Shown here piece by piece: positions 8,895 to 18,622 of a stretch of 64,000 nt of DNA. Under the pieces are notes generated by a model. The model was given only the letters and a program-made list of their open reading frames with translations. It searched no databases and was not told the origin of the DNA. A program made the position numbers and the translations under genes. Source of the DNA: an uncultured Candidatus Saccharibacteria bacterium (GTDB taxonomy: Bacteria > Patescibacteriota > Minisyncoccia > Phycocordibacterales > UBA9973); assembly GCA_964634365.1 (NCBI GenBank), contig CAZWJU010000002.1, forward strand, positions 32,069-96,068, written 5' to 3'. The number at the start of each line of letters is the position of its first letter. Positions within the stretch are counted from its first letter, which is position 1.

Positions 8895-9543
8895 TTTGTC
8901 TTTGGGATATAGTAGTCTGAACAGAAAAAGGAGTAGATATATCTTGATAAACTATATCTCCTGCCAATCTAATAGTAACTTTCGGCTGCACACCATCGCC
9001 TAGCATAGGATTTGGATTTTCAGCATTCTCAATATTGAACCCAGATTTATTTGGATCTAAATGCACAGAGTATGGGGTCAAATCTAAACACCCACTACCT
9101 GTAGGCGATGTAGCACAAGTAATACCAGCACCTTTTACAAGCTTGTAAATTCCAGTACCTGAGATTTCTACAATTCTGTACACAACCTGGTCTCCATCGT
9201 CAGAAATATTACCGTTAACTTTTTCGAAAGCCATAGACTGATATGGTGTTATACCCTCTTCAAAAGGACAATCCTCTGCCTCACCCAATCCACCAATAGA
9301 TGCTCTACAGTTATATAAACTTCCTAGGCGAATATTTCTAGACATGTCTTCTAAAACAAAGTGCATACTATCTATCGCCTGTCTAGAATCTGATGTCTTT
9401 TTATGAATTTGATTTACTCTCAAAACCGCTCCGATACCTATTATCATCACAACAGTAAAAAGCCCGACCGCTATAACAATCTCTATAACTGTAAAACCAG
9501 ATTTTTTGTTTTTATGATTTTTGTATTTCATATTGTTTAACAA
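8884..9543 (-). CDS. Type IV pseudopilin
   Basis: KKSGFTVIEIVIAVGLF prepilin motif. Confidence 0.7.
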   Translation of the reverse strand: MLNNMKYKNHKNKKSGFTVIEIVIAVGLFTVVMIIGIGAVLRVNQIHKKTSDSRQAIDSMHFVLEDMSRNIRLGSLYNCRASIGGLGEAEDCPFEEGITPYQSMAFEKVNGNISDDGDQVVYRIVEISGTGIYKLVKGAGITCATSPTGSGCLDLTPYSVHLDPNKSGFNIENAENPNPMLGDGVQPKVTIRLAGDIVYQDISTPFSVQTTISQRQIDF

Positions 9544-10184
9544 GCAAAACCACCTCCATCACAAGCATCAACTGGTCCGTCAGATACACTGATCTGGCCA
9601 GTAGGCCATATGGAAATATTCATATTGGCACCTTTTGGAGAAACTATTTCTATTTTTGCACCCGATGATAATTCATATAAAGTATCAAATTTTGTGCCGT
9701 ATATTTTAGGTTCTGGAAAAGGTCTGACATAGGTAACAGACAAATCTTCGTACCCACAAGAACCATCATGAGTACAGATATCAGATATCGCATCACCTGA
9801 TTGAATTGTTGTTGTAGACAGACATTCAATACCAAGCTCCCCTGGTGTGTCGCAATCACCATCAAAAAGAAAATTTCTAGGAGAACCTAAGTCTCTAAAA
9901 TAAATAAACGACTCTGGTGTATCCATATCAAAATAAATTCCGTATGAAGGTGGCTGACCACTATCTAAACCTCCAGTAAGTCTTCCAGATATAGCGTTTG
10001 TCTGAGCTTTTTTAATATGCAAAGCTATGTCTTGAGATAGATTTTGAAGTGAAGCTTTTGTAGAAAAATCTGAAAAGTTAAAAAGTGTGACACTAGATAT
10101 AATACCAACTATAGACAAAACCACTATGAGCTCTATAAAAGTCATCCCCTTTTTGTATTTATAATTTTCTTTAAAAATTTTCAT
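9537..10184 (-). CDS. Type IV pseudopilin (Cys-rich C-terminus)
   Basis: KGMTFIELIVVLSIVGI prepilin motif. Confidence 0.7.
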   Translation of the reverse strand: MKIFKENYKYKKGMTFIELIVVLSIVGIISSVTLFNFSDFSTKASLQNLSQDIALHIKKAQTNAISGRLTGGLDSGQPPSYGIYFDMDTPESFIYFRDLGSPRNFLFDGDCDTPGELGIECLSTTTIQSGDAISDICTHDGSCGYEDLSVTYVRPFPEPKIYGTKFDTLYELSSGAKIEIVSPKGANMNISIWPTGQISVSDGPVDACDGGGFAC

Positions 10185-10991
10185 TTAGAAAAATAAACTA
10201 CTTAAAAATCTAGAGAGTGATTCGAAAGATGTTCCGAAAATATATACAAACAATGTTCCAAATACTAAAAACGGACCAAAAGGAATCTCACTTTTCATAG
10301 TATATCTAGAATGCCTAGCTATTAGAAGTATTATAGAAACGATTGCACCCACCCAAAAAGAAATCATGAGAGCCGCAATCCCGTGAGATAGACCGAGGAA
10401 AAATCCCATACCCATCATGAGCTTTAGATCGCCAAAACCCATCAGTCTACCTTTTGATAAAAGCCAGAGTATATAAAAAGGTAGTGGTATGAGTATCCCT
10501 GCAAAAGCATCTATAGGATCTGGGGTAATAATCCCATAAGCATTTGAAAACATTCCCAAGAAACTAACCAAAATAAAAGTGTAGACTAAGGCGTTTGGAA
10601 TAATCTTGTGACGAATGTCGTATACAGCTATCACTATAAGCAATGAAGCCATAAACATAGAATATATAAGTGGAGCAACAGTAACGAAAGAAACTGTTTC
10701 AGAAGATAAGAACTTATTGGCTAGAAATACAAAGATAAAAGCTGTAGATATTTCAACAAGTGGGTATTGGATAGAGATTTTTGATTTACAAACTGAACAC
10801 TTACCACGTAAAAATATGTAACTGAAAATCGGAAAAAGTTCATACCAATGAAGAGTCTTGCCACAAGACAGACACATGGATCTACCACCTAGTCCCCAAC
10901 CAGTCTGGTAACGGTATATAACAACATTCAAGAAACTTCCGATAAAGAGTCCTAGGATAAATATTATAAATATTGGTAAAAAAGTATTCAT
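10185..10991 (-). CDS. pilD: Prepilin peptidase (A24 family)
   Basis: N-terminal CxxC...CxxC zinc tetracysteine, multi-TM, conserved Asp-containing GFGDLKL block. Confidence 0.85.
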   Translation of the reverse strand: MNTFLPIFIIFILGLFIGSFLNVVIYRYQTGWGLGGRSMCLSCGKTLHWYELFPIFSYIFLRGKCSVCKSKISIQYPLVEISTAFIFVFLANKFLSSETVSFVTVAPLIYSMFMASLLIVIAVYDIRHKIIPNALVYTFILVSFLGMFSNAYGIITPDPIDAFAGILIPLPFYILWLLSKGRLMGFGDLKLMMGMGFFLGLSHGIAALMISFWVGAIVSIILLIARHSRYTMKSEIPFGPFLVFGTLFVYIFGTSFESLSRFLSSLFF

Positions 10992-10998
10992 TTATATT

Positions 10999-11511
10999 TT
11001 ATGGTACTAGGTCGTAACATTTTCCACCAGCAGGCTCTATAGCAGTACCCTTGCAAGACTGTGTATCATCGCCACGAATAGAGTCGGAATTTAAGCCGTT
11101 TAGGTTATCACATAGGTTTAGACCAGTCCCTATTAAACCTGTATTTGTAGATGTAAGGTCACGATCAGTTTGCAATACGTTATTATTTTTTTCTAAAGAA
11201 GTACCAATATGATATGAAGAACATTGACCACCAGACCCACCCAAGCCTATGTAATATACTCCAGTTGGAAGTGAGGGTATGTATGTTGGAGAGAGAGTTG
11301 CTGCTGTCTGAGGATAGTAACCATTTGCGCTGAAATATAAATTCAACGCATTGACCACAGATTTTAATTCTGTAATTTTTTTTGTATCGCGACCACCGGC
11401 ACGTGCTGATGAAACCGAAGCGAATATTACAGAAGCTATAATTCCGATTATAGCAATAACGATAAGGAGTTCCAAAAGAGTAAAACCTTTAAAGTTTTTA
11501 TATTTTTTCAT
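10999..11511 (-). CDS. Type IV pilin
   Basis: KGFTLLELLIVIAIIGIIA class III signal; 170 aa. Confidence 0.75.
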   Translation of the reverse strand: MKKYKNFKGFTLLELLIVIAIIGIIASVIFASVSSARAGGRDTKKITELKSVVNALNLYFSANGYYPQTAATLSPTYIPSLPTGVYYIGLGGSGGQCSSYHIGTSLEKNNNVLQTDRDLTSTNTGLIGTGLNLCDNLNGLNSDSIRGDDTQSCKGTAIEPAGGKCYDLVP

Positions 11512-11579
11512 GAAAAATTACCTTAATAACAATAAATTAAGTATACCATGTAGTATTCTATGGTGTAACGAATGCTGAT

Positions 11580-11619
11580 GTGCAAAACAAAAACCGCGAA
11601 AGCGGTTTTTGTTTTGCAC
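11580..11619 (-). terminator. Strong intrinsic terminator (18-bp perfect stem GTGCAAAACAAAAACCGC gaaa GCGGTTTTTGTTTTGCAC)
   Basis: Directly downstream of the major pilin gene stop; perfect palindrome. Confidence 0.7.
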
Positions 11620-11632
11620 ATTCATTACCAGA

Positions 11633-12088
11633 TTAAGAACAAGTAGTTCCAGATGCTGCCAAGAAGTTACTAGTAACTATAGCCGCACCAGTGTTATCTA
11701 CACAGAAAGACACACCTGTGTTAAGAGGAACCTGAGCTGCCCAACCTGTTGATGAGTCGTGGCATACTGGAACAGTCGCAGTTGCTACAGTTGCATCAGC
11801 TGCTGTAAATGTTGAAGTAGAACCATTCTTAGCTTTCCATGCTGCAAGTACACTGTCTCCAATAACGTTTGTTCCTGTCGCTGCACAAACCAGATCGTAT
11901 GTTCCTGCTGTATCATAGAATAATTCTGCCTCTGCACGAGCATTAGACAAGTTTGCCTTAACAGCAGCATCTGCACCCTTTGTACGTGCTGTGTTAAGTG
12001 AAGCCAAAACTACTGAAGCTAGGATACCGATGATTGCGATAACAACCAAGAGTTCTATAAGTGTGAAACCTTTGTTTTTTTGTGACAT
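11633..12088 (-). CDS. Type IV pilin, probable major pilin (PilA-like)
   Basis: KGFTLIELLVVIAIIGILASV signal; 151 aa; followed by a very strong terminator, consistent with high expression. Confidence 0.75.
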   Translation of the reverse strand: MSQKNKGFTLIELLVVIAIIGILASVVLASLNTARTKGADAAVKANLSNARAEAELFYDTAGTYDLVCAATGTNVIGDSVLAAWKAKNGSTSTFTAADATVATATVPVCHDSSTGWAAQVPLNTGVSFCVDNTGAAIVTSNFLAASGTTCS

Positions 12089-12283
12089 ATAAAATAAAAC
12101 TTTTTTTAAAATTTGTCGCTTTCATTAACCGATTGCGACGCGACCTATTTATAATACCTAAAGTATACCACGAAAGCGTTTTTACTAAGTAAACCCCCTA
12201 GGTGTGGATAAATAAGTGTTATTTGTGGCCTTATTTTATTATAAAATTAAAGATATTTTCTTTAACAAAAAAATAACGAAAAA

Positions 12284-15193
12284 ATGAAAAAGATTACTCT
12301 AACATTTTTACTGATACTTTTGATAGTATCTGCATGCCTATCACAAACAGTGGTAGATGGATTTCAATATATTCTAGGCGACAAAGGTATCGACAGTATT
12401 ACAAATACAGAATACCAAGTTGCAGAACAAATTAATCCAGCAACATACACCGTCGTTGGCTATGCTGATATTGAGATTAATGAAATGTATCCATATTTCA
12501 TAAGCTCAACACCAAACAGAGGGTCGGTGACTATATCAGACAGACATAACGACAGTGATGATGGCGACTGGTCCCCTGGTGGAATACATCCGGGGGAAGA
12601 TTGGAACTATGGAAGTGTGGGTGAAGATATTGGAATGCCTATATACGCTACAGCAAATGGAGTTATACACGATTTTCGAATGCTGTCATATCCAATCAAT
12701 AAGTCTGGGTGGTGCATGGTAATAAAACACTTCATGCCCGATGGTTCATATGTGTATAGTTTTTATATGCATATAACAAATATCGCAAATACCGACGGCG
12801 CAATATGTCTAAATGAAAGTGATTTTGGTTTTTCTATAGGCGAAGAAGTAACAAGAGGTCAAATGATTGCACGAATAGGAAATGTAACTAGTTTTGGTAG
12901 TCATTGCCATTTTGAAATCAGAAGCTTGTATGACCAAGAGTTGGACCTGTGGCCAAATGGACCAGGTGGGCGTTATCCTGAATATTCCAATTCATACAAA
13001 TATGCAATTGATATAGAAAATGTAGCTCTTGCTTACTATGAAATGCAATTAGATGGAATTTTAGATGCATCAGATTTTATTGACACACATAGACCGAGTG
13101 AATTTATTGAAACTGAACCAGTCTGTATAGACCCAGAGATTGAATGGCAAAATACTATTGGAGGAATAAGCAATGATGAACTGTATGTGGTAAAAAAAGT
13201 TTCTAATGGCTACATATTGGGAGGTAATTCTAATTCTGATATATCTATAGACAAAATAGAAATATCAAATGGCGGGATTGATTACTGGATAATAAAGACA
13301 GATGATACGGGTATGATTCAATGGCAGAATACTATTGGAGGAAGTGGCGATGATAGATTATGTTATATTAGCCAGACTACAGATAATGGTTATATATTAG
13401 GAGGATGCTCAAATTCTGGTATTTCAGGAGATAAAAATGAATCATCTTATGGTGCACAAGATTTATGGATAGTAAAAATAGACTCTATCGGGAATATACA
13501 GTGGCAGAATACTATTGGAGGAAGTGGCGATGATATATTGTCGTCTATAAAACAAACCGTAGACGGAGGTTATATACTAGGAAGTTATTCAAATTCTAAT
13601 ATATCAGGAGATAAAGCTGAAGCTAGTTTGGGCGGGATTGATTACTGGATACTTAAATTAGATTTTTCAGGTAATGTACAGTGGCAGAATACTATTGGAG
13701 GAAGTGATGGAGATTACTTGTACGATATTATTCAAACATCCGATAATCAGTATTTACTTGGTGGCTATTCAAATTCTAGTATTTCGGTAGATAAAACTGA
13801 AGCAACCAATGGCAATAATGATTATTGGATAATCAAGATAGATGATTTTGGTGATATACAATGGCAAAATACTATTGGAGGAAGTGGCGATGATATATTA
13901 TTTTCAATACAAGAAATACCAAGTAGCGGTTATTTAATAGGTGGTAAATCTGGATCTAATATTTCAGGAGATAAAAGTGAAAATAGTCTAGGATACCTTG
14001 ATTACTGGATACTTAAATTAGATTTTTCAGGTAATGTACAGTGGCAGAATACTATTGGAGGAAATTTAGACGACAATTTAACAAGTATTTCAAAAACTGG
14101 CGATAATGGAGTGCTCATTTCTGGCTACTCAAATTCTGGTATTTCAGGAGATAAAAATGAAGCTCTAATTGGAATATATGATGGGTGGATAGTAAAAATA
14201 GACTCTATCGGGAATATACAGTGGCAGAATACTATTGGAGGAACCGGATATGATTTTTTATATTGCACTCAAGAAATATCCAGTGGTGAATATATTCTGG
14301 GATTCACTTCAGGATCTACTATTTCCGGAGATAAAGATGAAGATAATCTGGGAAACTATGATTATTGGGTAATTAAATTATTTGGTACCTGTAACCCATC
14401 CACTGAAATTTGCAATACTTTCGATGACGATTGTGATGGACTTATCGACGAAGACCTGGAACCATCTATATCAATCGAAGCATTGGGGTCTACAACCTTC
14501 TGCCAAGGAAGTAGTGTCGTGCTTACAGCAACCCATACCGGAACATCAGTACAGTGGTATAAAAATGGATCAATAATTTCTGGCGCAACTTACGATTTTA
14601 TAACCGTATCTGCGACCGGAAACTATACATGCATAAGCTCCAATGAATGTGCAAGTACAACTTCAAACTCTGTAATTGTAAACGTAAATAAAAATCCATC
14701 TGCAAATATAACAGCGGGCGGTCCAACTAGTTTCTGTTTTGGAGGAAGTGTCACACTTACAGCAAACACTGGGGCTTCACTATCCTACCAATGGTACAAA
14801 GGTGCAACAGCCATCGCTGGAGCAACTAGTATAAATTACGTAGCTACAACTTCTGGAAACTACAAATGTAGAGTAACCAAAACTGCCACAGGGTGTTACA
14901 AGAATTCAAATACTATAACAGTATCTGTAACCTGCCGAGAAGGTGTATCGATAGATCAAATACTTAGCCCAAATCCAGCGAGCAATATCTTGTATGTGGA
15001 TTTGATGGATTTTGAAAGTGACGCTTTGGATATATACATGATCAACAATATAGGTCAAAAAGTCCTTGCCAAAAAAACCGAAGGAGGACACCTGATTGAT
15101 CTTGATATATCTTCCCTGCCAAAAGGGCTGTACTCATTTTTCATAATGAAAGAAGGTTTTATTATTTACTCAGAAAAATTTATCGTCGAGTAG
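12284..15193 (+). CDS. Secreted multidomain protein: signal peptide, M23 (LytM-type) metallopeptidase domain, seven tandem ~60-aa SBBP beta-propeller repeats, CxxxDDDCDG motif, three Ig-like repeats and a T9SS-type C-terminal sorting domain
   Basis: M23 motifs HPGED and GSHCHFE (HxxxD and HxH). Seven repeats of ..IQWQNTIGGSGDD...YILGG.SNS.ISGDK.E...G..DYWI.K.D. FC.GGSVTLTA...YQWYKNG...GNYTC repeats. C-terminus SPNPASNILYVDL...IYMINNIGQKV...IDLDISSLPKGLYSF matches the Por-secretion CTD pattern. Confidence 0.65.
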   Translation: MKKITLTFLLILLIVSACLSQTVVDGFQYILGDKGIDSITNTEYQVAEQINPATYTVVGYADIEINEMYPYFISSTPNRGSVTISDRHNDSDDGDWSPGGIHPGEDWNYGSVGEDIGMPIYATANGVIHDFRMLSYPINKSGWCMVIKHFMPDGSYVYSFYMHITNIANTDGAICLNESDFGFSIGEEVTRGQMIARIGNVTSFGSHCHFEIRSLYDQELDLWPNGPGGRYPEYSNSYKYAIDIENVALAYYEMQLDGILDASDFIDTHRPSEFIETEPVCIDPEIEWQNTIGGISNDELYVVKKVSNGYILGGNSNSDISIDKIEISNGGIDYWIIKTDDTGMIQWQNTIGGSGDDRLCYISQTTDNGYILGGCSNSGISGDKNESSYGAQDLWIVKIDSIGNIQWQNTIGGSGDDILSSIKQTVDGGYILGSYSNSNISGDKAEASLGGIDYWILKLDFSGNVQWQNTIGGSDGDYLYDIIQTSDNQYLLGGYSNSSISVDKTEATNGNNDYWIIKIDDFGDIQWQNTIGGSGDDILFSIQEIPSSGYLIGGKSGSNISGDKSENSLGYLDYWILKLDFSGNVQWQNTIGGNLDDNLTSISKTGDNGVLISGYSNSGISGDKNEALIGIYDGWIVKIDSIGNIQWQNTIGGTGYDFLYCTQEISSGEYILGFTSGSTISGDKDEDNLGNYDYWVIKLFGTCNPSTEICNTFDDDCDGLIDEDLEPSISIEALGSTTFCQGSSVVLTATHTGTSVQWYKNGSIISGATYDFITVSATGNYTCISSNECASTTSNSVIVNVNKNPSANITAGGPTSFCFGGSVTLTANTGASLSYQWYKGATAIAGATSINYVATTSGNYKCRVTKTATGCYKNSNTITVSVTCREGVSIDQILSPNPASNILYVDLMDFESDALDIYMINNIGQKVLAKKTEGGHLIDLDISSLPKGLYSFFIMKEGFIIYSEKFIVE
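13138..14400 (+). repeat. Seven tandem 180-bp intragenic repeats (propeller blades) with stretches of 57-66 nt of perfect nucleotide identity between non-adjacent units
   Basis: 13638-13704 is identical to 13998-14064, and 13467-13524 is identical to 14187-14244; read directly. Confidence 0.8.
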
Positions 15194-15202
15194 ATATAAA
15201 CT

Positions 15203-15230
15203 AAAAACTCTGCAAATTTGCAGAGTTTTT
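15203..15230 (+). terminator. Intrinsic terminator (AAAACTCTGCAAA TTTGCAGAGTTTT)
   Basis: Perfect palindrome plus T-run after the 969-aa gene. Confidence 0.65.
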
Positions 15231-15274
15231 TATATAAATAAAAGCTTTTAAATTTTGGTGATATAATTGTTGAT

Positions 15275-15853
15275 ATGAAAAACCAAAAGAACTTACTTGT
15301 GTCAATCTTAGTTATTTTACTTGTTTTTGTTTGTATATATTTACTCATAAAAGATACACACAAAGACAGCACTGTCGTTTCAAATGATTCTGAAATACAG
15401 ACAGATTACTACGCAGGTCCTTTTAGTTGCACTGCTGGAGGATACAATCAAACAGGAGAAGGTATACTCGATACTTATACTGTAAAATCAGGAGATTCTC
15501 TTCTCTCTATATCTAAAAACATATACGGAGATTCTTCTCGTATTTCAGACTTAGTTTTTCTGAACAAGCATACTTACAACTCACTTTCTACAGACTCTCC
15601 ATTTATTGAAATCGGATGGACTCTCTTACTGCCAGAAAAAGATATCAGAATCGACAGCAGAGGAATGACCGTAAGTAGTGGTCAGGTAATAAAATTAGAT
15701 ACCGATCAAATCATAATAAAAACAAGCGATTATTCAGCTTCATACCACTTCTACTCAGATCATACCTCCCTTTCACTACCAGATATAAAACCAGGTGATT
15801 GTATACATGTCTACAATTCTGGCTCTCATATATATAAAATAGAAATGCAATAA
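15275..15853 (+). CDS. Membrane-anchored LysM domain protein
   Basis: N-terminal TM helix; LysM-like block YTVKSGDSLLSISKNIYGDSSRISDLVFLN. Confidence 0.55.
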   Translation: MKNQKNLLVSILVILLVFVCIYLLIKDTHKDSTVVSNDSEIQTDYYAGPFSCTAGGYNQTGEGILDTYTVKSGDSLLSISKNIYGDSSRISDLVFLNKHTYNSLSTDSPFIEIGWTLLLPEKDIRIDSRGMTVSSGQVIKLDTDQIIIKTSDYSASYHFYSDHTSLSLPDIKPGDCIHVYNSGSHIYKIEMQ

Positions 15854-15857
15854 AATT

Positions 15858-15889
15858 AAAAACATTCTAGATAAATCTAGAATGTTTTT
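15858..15889. terminator. Bidirectional terminator (AAAAACATTCTAGAT aaa TCTAGAATGTTTTT)
   Basis: Perfect hairpin between convergent genes. Confidence 0.65.
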
Positions 15890-15903
15890 AATTAATTTAT
15901 CTT

Positions 15904-17106
15904 TTACTGTATCCCCCCTGCGATGTTGTAGATAGGCACAAGTACTGATGCGAGAAGCACACCGACGCCGAGACCCAGTGCCACGATCATGATAGGTTCG
16001 ATAAGTGAGACGAGTGTATCCACTGCATCATCAACTTCACGCTTGTAGAACTTTGCAAGAGTTTTCAGAATTGATCCTAAAGATCCAGTCTCCTCACCCA
16101 CCTTCACCATCTGCACCAAAATCGGTGGGATTGGTTCATGTTTTGCAAATGCATCAGATAGTGATGACCCACCTTTTACATCTTCTTCGGCCTTTTTTAA
16201 AATATCAGAGTAAACACGATTTCCTACAACATCCCCTGTGATTTCTATAGAACGCACGATTGATATACCAGAGGAAAGCATTGTATCTAAGTTGTCAGCA
16301 ATACGAGCAAGGTAAAGTTTCTTGAAAAGTTTACCTATGATTGGAAAAGAGATTTTTAGCCCATCTAAATATTGCTTGCCAGAATCAGTTCTAGAAAGAT
16401 GCCAAACATATACTCCTGCTATGACAAAAAATATCAATATAAACAATCCATAGTTTACAAAGAAATCACTTGCTCCGATCACCGCTTTTGTATAAAGAGG
16501 TATATCCTGACCACTCTCAGTAATAATAGAAGAAAGCTTCGGTATAACTATAGTAAACATGAGCCCCATCACAACAAAGAAAGTAAATATAACAAAAGCT
16601 GGATATATAAGAGCGTTGCGAGTTTTTGATGTAAGAGAGTAGTTTCGATCTAGATAGTCAGCTAGAAAATTAAATGTATCATTTAGTTTTCCAGATTCTT
16701 CTCCTGCTTTTACCATGTTTACATAGAAAGTTGAAAACACATCTGGGTGCTTCGCCAGAGCTCCTGAAATCGAGTACCCTGCCTGCAGGTCGTCCACTAT
16801 TTGGTTTAGATTTCTTGAAAGCAATGGGTTCTCTACGTTTGAAGCAAGAAGTGAAAAAGCTTTCAGTGCAGATACTTGGGCTTCGAAAAGAGTCGCAATT
16901 TGTCGTGAAAGTATAACCACGTCTTTTGCTGGAACATGTTCGAACACTGACATCTGCAAAAGACTTTTATCTTCCTCGCCTTTTATAGACACAACTATAA
17001 AACCACGACGCTGAAGTGCCGCGATAGCCAAGTCTTTTGTTTGAGCATCGATTGAACCTTCTTTTTGCTCGCCTGTATTTGAAACAACTTTGTATTTGAA
17101 AGTCAT
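15904..17106 (-). CDS. pilC: Type IV pilus inner-membrane platform protein (GspF family)
   Basis: 400 aa, two GspF-type repeats, 3 TM segments. Confidence 0.85.
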   Translation of the reverse strand: MTFKYKVVSNTGEQKEGSIDAQTKDLAIAALQRRGFIVVSIKGEEDKSLLQMSVFEHVPAKDVVILSRQIATLFEAQVSALKAFSLLASNVENPLLSRNLNQIVDDLQAGYSISGALAKHPDVFSTFYVNMVKAGEESGKLNDTFNFLADYLDRNYSLTSKTRNALIYPAFVIFTFFVVMGLMFTIVIPKLSSIITESGQDIPLYTKAVIGASDFFVNYGLFILIFFVIAGVYVWHLSRTDSGKQYLDGLKISFPIIGKLFKKLYLARIADNLDTMLSSGISIVRSIEITGDVVGNRVYSDILKKAEEDVKGGSSLSDAFAKHEPIPPILVQMVKVGEETGSLGSILKTLAKFYKREVDDAVDTLVSLIEPIMIVALGLGVGVLLASVLVPIYNIAGGIQ

Positions 17107-17116
17107 GGTTTAAAAA

Positions 17117-18175
17117 TTAAAGTAATCGCTCTAAAGCTTTTGGGTTAAGTGAATATAGGTAAGCGTTGTCCATAGTGATCTGTCCTGCACGCACAAGCTC
17201 AACAAGAGAGCGGTTCATATCTATCATGCCATGTTCATATCCAGTTTCTATTACTACATCTATCTCGTGAGTTCGCTTTTCACGAATTAGATTTTGTACT
17301 GCATTGTTGTTCACAAGAAGCTCATAAGCTGGGACGAGTCCACCAGTTATACAAGGTATAAGTCTCTGAGAAAATATTCCAATCAAACTCGAAGCAAGTT
17401 GTATACGAATCTGATCTTGCTGACCAGGTGGAAATGCGTCGATTATACGATCAATAGTCTGAGAAGCATTGTTTGTGTGTAGAGTAGAAAAAACCAAGTG
17501 ACCAGTCTCAGCAGCTGTAACAGCAGTAGATATAGTTTCGGCGTTGCGCATCTCACCTATCAGTATTACATTTACATCTTCACGGAATACAGATTTTAAA
17601 GCTGAGTTGAAATCTTTTGTATCTATACCAACTTCACGTTGATCTATAATAGAGTGTTTTGGTGTATACATATATTCTATCGGGTCTTCGATAGTAACTA
17701 TGTGTTCTGCGCGTTCGTTGTTTATGAGATTCACCATAGAAGCGAGTGTTGTAGACTTACCCTGACCAACCGGTCCTACTACTAGGAAGAATCCTTGTTT
17801 CTTTCTGCAAAAAGTTTCGATGATTGGTGGAAGTCTAAGTTCAGCAAGAGTTTTAACTTGTGGTATAAGTCTTAGAGCAATCCCTGCTATACCTTTTGAA
17901 AAGAAAGCGTTACCGCGAAGTCTCGCCTCCCCTTTGAAGTCGTATGAAAAATCAATCTCCTGATCTTCTAAAAATTTCTTGTATTTAACGTCATCCAATA
18001 ACTCTTTTAGGATTCCTAGTGAGTCTTCTTTTGTGTATACACTATGTTTAACTAAAAAGTTCAATTGTCCTGAAACACGTATCGCAGGATAACGCATCCC
18101 AGCAATATGAAGATCGGACCCGCCTTCGCGGATTAGGGTAGTCAATAAATCTTCGAGTTCTTTTGCGTAATCCAT
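17117..18175 (-). CDS. pilT: Type IV pilus retraction ATPase
   Basis: 352 aa; Walker A GPVGQGKST; PilT-length hexameric ATPase. Confidence 0.85.
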   Translation of the reverse strand: MDYAKELEDLLTTLIREGGSDLHIAGMRYPAIRVSGQLNFLVKHSVYTKEDSLGILKELLDDVKYKKFLEDQEIDFSYDFKGEARLRGNAFFSKGIAGIALRLIPQVKTLAELRLPPIIETFCRKKQGFFLVVGPVGQGKSTTLASMVNLINNERAEHIVTIEDPIEYMYTPKHSIIDQREVGIDTKDFNSALKSVFREDVNVILIGEMRNAETISTAVTAAETGHLVFSTLHTNNASQTIDRIIDAFPPGQQDQIRIQLASSLIGIFSQRLIPCITGGLVPAYELLVNNNAVQNLIREKRTHEIDVVIETGYEHGMIDMNRSLVELVRAGQITMDNAYLYSLNPKALERLL

Positions 18176-18177
18176 AA

Positions 18178-18579
18178 TTATCTTGGTAGTTGTTTTGTAA
18201 CAATTTCAGTTACCTTAGTAATAACTTCACTTGGTGTACTAGAAGCCTTAACAATATAACCAGCTACTCCCAAGGTGGCACCGCGTTCTATATCAGATTG
18301 CTGACCACGATTTGAAAGTATTATTTTCATTACACCCTCGGCAATTTTTTCATCTCGCAACTTTTCAAGCAGCTCAAATCCGTCCATCCCAGGCATAACA
18401 ACGTCCATCAACATAACATCCGGAGAAGCACCTGCTTTTAGTTTTTCATAAGCAGCCATAGAGCCGAGTGCAGTGTCTACAGAAAACTTAGGCTCCTGAG
18501 AAAATTTCATCGCATACATATCGAGTAGAAAATTGTCGTCGTCGATAATTAAGATTTTGTATTTTTTACTGTCGTCCAT
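18178..18579 (-). CDS. Stand-alone response-regulator receiver domain protein (PilH/CheY-like)
   Basis: REC fold with DDD...D...T...K positions (ILIIDDD...LMDVVMPGMDG...); sits between pilB and pilT. Confidence 0.7.
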   Translation of the reverse strand: MDDSKKYKILIIDDDNFLLDMYAMKFSQEPKFSVDTALGSMAAYEKLKAGASPDVMLMDVVMPGMDGFELLEKLRDEKIAEGVMKIILSNRGQQSDIERGATLGVAGYIVKASSTPSEVITKVTEIVTKQLPR

Positions 18580-18622
18580 AATTGCTTCTAATTATACTAT
18601 AAAGCCACTTACTTTTACCAAT

